From an uncultured Oscillospiraceae bacterium (GTDB lineage: Bacteria; Bacillota; Clostridia; Oscillospirales; Oscillospiraceae): 64,000 nt of DNA. The DNA is taken from contig CAJUEG010000005.1 in the NCBI GenBank assembly GCA_910584835.1, positions 113 through 64,112 on the forward strand, written 5' to 3'. Shown piece by piece: positions 58,824-64,000 of the stretch. Position 1 is the stretch's first letter. Each line of letters opens with the position of its first letter. The notes under the pieces are model-generated. The model had not been told where the DNA came from. It worked only from the letters and a program-made list of their open reading frames with translations, and ran no database searches. Position numbers and translations under genes: made by a program.

Positions 58824-59342
58824 CTACTCCTCGAATCTTTTTAGGTTCTTCCAGGTTCTTTTTGTGATCGACACCCGATTCTGTTCCCATTGCTGCAAGG
58901 TTCCAAAGGGGACGCCGAGGTATTTTGCGTACTCTTTTTGCGTCATGCTTTTCTGTGCTCGGGCCTGCCTGATCTGCTGGCCCTGGCCGTGATAGAGGAA
59001 CAGGTTGAAATCATCCAGGAGCCTTGTGACAGGGACGGAGAACAGCTCCGCAATTTTCCGCATGGTTTCAATGGGATAATAGTCTCGCCCAATTTCTTCA
59101 TAGCTGGAGTATGTGGTGCGGTCTATCCCAGCGTACTCCGCCACATCCTTTTGCCGCAAACCCTGGCTGTATCTGTACCAGCGGAGCTTGTCCGGCGTAT
59201 TGTGGATTTGAGAGGGATCGGTGTATTGGATGTTGAACTTTTCTGCCTCCACCAGCGTGTGAGGTTGGACAAGCTGGAAGCTGTGAATGTAGAGAGGTGC
59301 GTAGATAACGCCCGTGGGAGTATGGAGAACCATTATTTTCAT
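58824..59342 (-). CDS. Protein with two XRE-type HTH domains
   Basis: KLRWYR...LRQKDVAEYAGIDRTTYSSYE and IRQAR...MTQKEYAKYLGVPFGTLQQWEQ. Confidence 0.85.
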   Translation of the reverse strand: MKIMVLHTPTGVIYAPLYIHSFQLVQPHTLVEAEKFNIQYTDPSQIHNTPDKLRWYRYSQGLRQKDVAEYAGIDRTTYSSYEEIGRDYYPIETMRKIAELFSVPVTRLLDDFNLFLYHGQGQQIRQARAQKSMTQKEYAKYLGVPFGTLQQWEQNRVSITKRTWKNLKRFEE

Positions 59343-59416
59343 GCGGCCCGATATGTGGCCGAACGTACGCCATTTTTCGCCAAAGTATGTACGATTGCCC
59401 ACATCGAGGGACTTTT

Positions 59417-59441
59417 GAGCCGTTGCGAGTGAATAGTATTT
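59417..59441. other. Right att junction (inverted-repeat arm plus core)
   Basis: GAGCCGTTgcgAGTGAATAG-T-ATTT. Confidence 0.9.
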
Positions 59442-59770
59442 TCAATGCATCGGCTGGCATAGGTGGCAAGCCTGACGTTTTTGTCCGGCTTGAATGTGGA
59501 TACCCCTTTAATCAGCCCAATGGTTCCGATGGAAATCAAGTCGTCCTGATCACCATTGGGTGTGTAATATTTTTTTACAATGTGCGCCACCAGCCGCAGA
59601 TTATGTTCAATGAGCATATCCCTGGCATCATCATCCCCTTGAGCCATCCGATCCAGACAATTCTGCTCCTCCTCCCGGGTAAGGGCCCGGGGAAAGGAGC
59701 CCGTATTCCCCGCCAGCCGCAGGGTAAAGAACAGTCCGTTCAGTGTCAATAACAGCCATGCCGTCCACAT
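59438..59770 (-). CDS. sigK: RNA polymerase sporulation sigma factor SigK, 5' half (111 aa, with pro-sequence)
   Basis: LIEHNLRLVAHIVKKY; DDLISIGTIGLIKG; RLATYASRCIEN, then similarity breaks. Confidence 0.95.
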
Positions 59771-59789
59771 GGACACCACCTCCACTCAA

Positions 59790-59817
59790 ACTGTATGCGT
59801 GGGCGGCGTGTCCGTAT
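59790..59817 (-). promoter_or_regulatory. SigE-like promoter of sigK
   Basis: ATA-N17-CATACAGT upstream of RBS GGAGG. Confidence 0.65.
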
Positions 59818-60053
59818 TAAAAAAGAAAGGGACCGCCGATTTACCGGCAATGCCGGCGCGGTTTCATCGGCGAAGTCCACATTTCGCTTGATTTCCCCAG
59901 ATACAGAAAAAACAGCCGCATGATGCCAAAGCACCATGCGGCTGTTTTCAAAACTGAAACCTTCTTTATTGAGGCCGCTCTTAAACTCAAGACCTCTGTA
60001 AGAGCTGGGATTCAAGAGAAAACGCGGTAAAAATCTTGCAAAGACAAGGGAAC

Positions 60054-60965
60054 TTACTGCGCCAGCTTGGCGATCTCCTCGGCGAAGTTCTCCTGCTTCT
60101 TCTCAATGCCCTCGCCCTTCTCAAAGCGCACGGCATCCTTCAGCACGATAGTCCCGCCCAGCTTCTTGGCGGCGGCGTTCATATACTGCTCCACGGTGAC
60201 CTCGTTGTCCTTGACAAAGGTCTGCTGGAGCAGGCAGTTTTCGGCGTAGAACTTGTTGAGCTTGCCGGCCACGATCTTCTCCTTGACCTGGGCGGGCTTG
60301 GAGGCCATCTTGGGGTCGTTGTCCATCTGGGCTAGGAGAATCTTCTTCTCCTCGTCCAGAACGTCCTGGGTGACCTGGCTCTTGTCCAGGAACCGGGGGT
60401 TCAGGGCCGCGATCTGCATGGCCATGTCCTTGCCGATCTCGGCGGCGTCGATGCCGCCGGTGACCTCCAGGTTGACCAGCACGCCGATCTTGCCGCCGGC
60501 GTGGATATAGGGGACGGAAGTGCCGTCGGCGAAGCGGGCAAAGCGGCGGACCTTAATGTTCTCGCCGATGACCAGAACCATCTCCTGCTGCTGCTGGGTG
60601 ACAGTCAGGTCGGTGCCGTTGTATTTGCACTCCATCAGCGCATCCAGATCGGCGGGGGCACAGGCGGCCACGGTGGCGGCCACGCCCTTCACGAAGTCCA
60701 CAAACTTCTCGTTCTTGCCCACGAAATCGGTCTCGGCGTTGACCTCGACGACGACGCCGACGCCGTCGATGACGCAGGCGTAGGCCATGCCCTCGGCGGC
60801 AATGCGGCCGGCCTTCTTGGCGGAAGCGGCAAGACCCTTTTCACGCAGCCACTCGACGGCCTTGTCCATGTCGCCGTCGGAGGCGGCCAGAGCCTTTTTG
60901 CAGTCCATCATGCCCACGCCGGTCATTTCCCGCAGGGCCTTTACATCCTGAGCAGTAATTGCCAT
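60054..60965 (-). CDS. tsf: Elongation factor Ts
   Basis: VKALREMTGVGMMDCKKAL; EVNAETDFV. Confidence 0.98.
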   Translation of the reverse strand: MAITAQDVKALREMTGVGMMDCKKALAASDGDMDKAVEWLREKGLAASAKKAGRIAAEGMAYACVIDGVGVVVEVNAETDFVGKNEKFVDFVKGVAATVAACAPADLDALMECKYNGTDLTVTQQQQEMVLVIGENIKVRRFARFADGTSVPYIHAGGKIGVLVNLEVTGGIDAAEIGKDMAMQIAALNPRFLDKSQVTQDVLDEEKKILLAQMDNDPKMASKPAQVKEKIVAGKLNKFYAENCLLQQTFVKDNEVTVEQYMNAAAKKLGGTIVLKDAVRFEKGEGIEKKQENFAEEIAKLAQ

Positions 60966-61057
60966 TTATCGTTACCTCCAAAATCAATTTTGTAAAAAAG
61001 GAAGCGCCCGCCCGCCTCGGGCGGGCGCTGTAGAATAATGCCTGAAAGGGGGGAGCT

Positions 61058-61795
61058 TTACTCGTCAGCGGGCTCCTCGGGCTTCTCGGAAGCGGGGGCG
61101 GGGGCGGCGTCCACGCCCTGACGGCCCTCCTGCACGGCGTTGGCCATGACGGAGGAGATCAGCTTGATGGCGCGGATGGCGTCGTCGTTGCCGGGGATGA
61201 CGTAGTCGATCTCATCGGGATCGCAGTTGGTGTCCACGATGGCCACGATGGGGATGTTCAGCTTGCGGGCCTCGTTGATGGCGTTGCGCTCCTTGCGGGG
61301 GTCCACCACGAACAGAGCGCCGGGGAGACGCTTCATCTCCACCACGCCGCCCAGGTATTTCTCCAGCTTGGAGATCTCGCCCAGCAGCTTCATGACTTCC
61401 TTCTTGGGGAGCATGTCGAAGGTGCCGTCCTCCTGCATCTTCTTGAGCTGGTTCAGGCGGTCCACGCGGGTGCGCATGGTCTTGAAGTTGGTCATCATGC
61501 CGCCCAGCCAGCGGGCGTTGACGTAGAACATGCCGCAGCGGGCGGCCTCCTCGCGGATGGCGTCCTGGGCCTGCTTTTTGGTGCCCACGAAGAGCAGGGA
61601 CTGGCCGTTGCCGGACAGGTCCTTGACGAAGTTGTAGGCCTCCTCCAGCTTCTTCACGGTCTTCTGCAGGTCGATGATATAGATGCCGTTGCGCTCCGTG
61701 TAGATGTAGGTGGCCATTTTGGGGTTCCACCGGCGGGTCTGGTGGCCGAAGTGCACGCCGGCCTCCAGCAGCTGCTTCATAGATACGACTGCCAT
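61058..61795 (-). CDS. rpsB: 30S ribosomal protein S2
   Basis: [31 protein letters not shown]. Confidence 0.98.
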   Translation of the reverse strand: MAVVSMKQLLEAGVHFGHQTRRWNPKMATYIYTERNGIYIIDLQKTVKKLEEAYNFVKDLSGNGQSLLFVGTKKQAQDAIREEAARCGMFYVNARWLGGMMTNFKTMRTRVDRLNQLKKMQEDGTFDMLPKKEVMKLLGEISKLEKYLGGVVEMKRLPGALFVVDPRKERNAINEARKLNIPIVAIVDTNCDPDEIDYVIPGNDDAIRAIKLISSVMANAVQEGRQGVDAAPAPASEKPEEPADE

Positions 61796-61904
61796 TGATT
61801 TTTCCTCCTGTTTTTTGGTTTTACCTCCGAAAGCCTCATTTTTCCCGCCCACTTTCATGGAAAGCACCGGGCGAAAAATCGGCTCTCGTGCGGAATGCCT
61901 GGAT

Positions 61905-61933
61905 ATTCTACCACAAGAGATGGGGGAACGCAA
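61905..61933 (-). promoter_or_regulatory. SigA promoter of rpsB-tsf
   Basis: TTGCGT-N17-TAGAAT with TGn. Confidence 0.65.
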
Positions 61934-61962
61934 GAGTTTTTCTCCAATTTCTTGAGAAAAAG

Positions 61963-62229
61963 TCAGCGATTTCTGCGGCCCCGGCTGCTGACGGCGGCGC
62001 CGTCCACCAAAATGATGTCCGTCCCAAAGCGCTTGACGGCGGACCAGGGGAAGACCGCGTCCGCCTCCCGGCCCAGCAGCCCCAGCAGGCGGGGATGCCC
62101 CCGCACGACGATGCTCTGGATGGAACCGCGCTCCGGGTCCAGCTCCACGTCGCCCACGAATCCGTACCGGGTGCCGTCGGCAATGTCGATGACTTCCTTA
62201 TATTGCAGGTCGACGATGCGGCAAATCAT
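61963..62229 (-). CDS. ylmC: YlmC/YmxH family PRC-barrel sporulation protein
   Basis: [11 protein letters not shown]...G.V.D.E.D...G.I; PW..V...G.DIILV; upstream CATACATT. Confidence 0.88.
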   Translation of the reverse strand: MICRIVDLQYKEVIDIADGTRYGFVGDVELDPERGSIQSIVVRGHPRLLGLLGREADAVFPWSAVKRFGTDIILVDGAAVSSRGRRNR

Positions 62230-62407
62230 AGTATGCCCTCCTTTTTCCTTTGCCATCAATGTATGAAAAAAGGGGCCCGTCAATCCGTGTCCGGGAAAAA
62301 TACACGGAAAATTTTCATTTGCCCCCTATGCAAAAGGAGTATTTTCCAGTATAATACTACCTAAGTACGGACGGGACGTGAATTTAACAGGGGAGAGGAT
62401 GTGTGCC

Positions 62408-63145
62408 ATGGGCGAGCTGAAATACAAGCGCGTGCTGCTGAAGGTCAGCGGCGAGGCGCTGGGCGGCGATGCGGGCCGGGGCCTGGACTTCGACGTCATT
62501 GAAAGGGTGTGCGATGTGGTGGCCCGCTGCGCCGATGAAGGCGTGCAGGTGGGCATTGTGGTGGGCGGCGGCAATTTCTGGCGGGGCCTGAAGGACGGCC
62601 GGGGGATGAGCAACCGCACCCGCGCCGACCACATGGGAATGCTGGCCACCGCAATCAACTGTCTGGCCCTGGCCGATGTGCTGGAGAACAAAGGCGTAGA
62701 CGTGCGGGTGCAGACCGCCATTGAGATGAAATCCATTGCCGAACCGTATATCCGCTCCCGGGCCGTCCGGCACCTGGAGAAGGGCAGGGTGGTTATCTTT
62801 GGCTGCGGCACCGGCAGCCCCTTCTTCTCCACCGATACGGCGGCGGTGCTCCGGGCGGCGGAGATCAACGCGGACATCATTCTGCTGGCCAAGAATGTGG
62901 ACGGGGTGTACAGCGCCGATCCCCTCAAGGACCCGGAGGCGGTAAAATACGACAGCATCACTTACGATGATGTGCTGGCCCGCCATCTGGGGGTCATGGA
63001 CTCCACCGCCACGTCGCTGTGCATGGACAACAACATCCCCATCATCCTGTTTGCGTTAAAGGACCCGGAGAACATCCTCCGTGTGGTGCACGGGGAGAAA
63101 ATAGGTACAATTGTAAAGGACATAGGAGGAAAGGATCATGACTGA
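62408..63145 (+). CDS. pyrH: Uridylate kinase
   Basis: [29 protein letters not shown]. Confidence 0.97.
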   Translation: MGELKYKRVLLKVSGEALGGDAGRGLDFDVIERVCDVVARCADEGVQVGIVVGGGNFWRGLKDGRGMSNRTRADHMGMLATAINCLALADVLENKGVDVRVQTAIEMKSIAEPYIRSRAVRHLEKGRVVIFGCGTGSPFFSTDTAAVLRAAEINADIILLAKNVDGVYSADPLKDPEAVKYDSITYDDVLARHLGVMDSTATSLCMDNNIPIILFALKDPENILRVVHGEKIGTIVKDIGGKDHD

Positions 63146-63692
63146 TTTCTGCAAGACCTACGATGTGAAAATGGGCAAGACCATCGAATCGGTAAAGGGC
63201 GACTTCGCCAGTGTCCGGGCGGGCCGGGCCAATGCCGGCGTGCTGGACCGCATCCAGGTGGAGTACTACGGGACCCCCACCCCCATCCAGCAGGTGGCCA
63301 GCATCTCCACCCCCGACCCCCGCACCCTCCAGATTCAGCCCTGGGACGGCAGCATCCTCAAGGCGATTGAAAAGGCCATCCAGACCTCCGACCTGGGTAT
63401 TAACCCGCAGAATGACGGGCGGGTTATCCGCCTGGCCTTCCCCCAGCTCACCGAGGAGCGCCGCATGGAGCTCACCAAGCAGGTGCGCAAGTACGGCGAG
63501 AACGGCAAGGTGGCCATCCGCAACATCCGCCGGGACGCCATGGACACCCTGAAGTCCCTGGAGAAGAAGTCGGAAATCACCGAGGATGACCGCAAGGAGA
63601 GCGAGAAGGAGCTCCAGGATCTGACGGATAAGCGGTGCAAGGAGATCGACGCCCTCACCGCCGCCAAGGAAAAGGAATTGATGGCGGTCTGA
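63138..63692 (+). CDS. frr: Ribosome recycling factor
   Basis: [30 protein letters not shown]. Confidence 0.97.
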   Translation: MTDFCKTYDVKMGKTIESVKGDFASVRAGRANAGVLDRIQVEYYGTPTPIQQVASISTPDPRTLQIQPWDGSILKAIEKAIQTSDLGINPQNDGRVIRLAFPQLTEERRMELTKQVRKYGENGKVAIRNIRRDAMDTLKSLEKKSEITEDDRKESEKELQDLTDKRCKEIDALTAAKEKELMAV

Positions 63693-63804
63693 GCCACAGT
63701 TCTGCGCATAGCAAGGGGGGCGCGCCCCCCTTGTGTGCTGTTTGGAGGCTTATGACCCGGTTCTTTTTTGCCAATACTATCAATAAAAGTTAGGATGGGT
63801 GTGT

Positions 63805-64000
<196 letters not shown>

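Overview
High-GC Clostridia (Oscillospiraceae-like) chromosomal window. The main structure is the mother-cell sigma factor gene sigK, split into a 5' half (59770-59438) and a 3' half (14084-13728) by a ~45.35 kb element (14085-59441). This 'skin'-type element is a complete-looking conjugative element. It carries a large serine recombinase, RepA with iterons, a double-domain ParB, anti-restriction genes, oriT/MobC/relaxase, a VirD4/VirB2/VirB6/PrgI/VirB4/NlpC T4SS, a sortase and adhesin, a TA pair, methyltransferases and S-layer cargo. The att core (AAAT) and terminal inverted repeats can be read directly. Excision restores a 229-aa SigK and, on the circle, fuses the recombinase in frame to a double-HTH protein. 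In the integrated state that same HTH gene overlaps the stop codon of the truncated sigK (ATGA). The element also has at least 17 dispersed copies of a 19-bp palindrome, several non-canonical start codons, a small RDF candidate behind a SigE-like promoter, a nested methyltransferase subunit and two structured RNA/ssDNA candidates. Left flank: the end of a second recombinase element that appears to cut a collagen-like spore gene, then collagen-like genes, hup, a LacI regulator, a YfcC transporter and an LRR/SLH surface protein. Right flank: tsf, rpsB, ylmC, pyrH, frr, uppS. All calls are by eye; no database searches were run.
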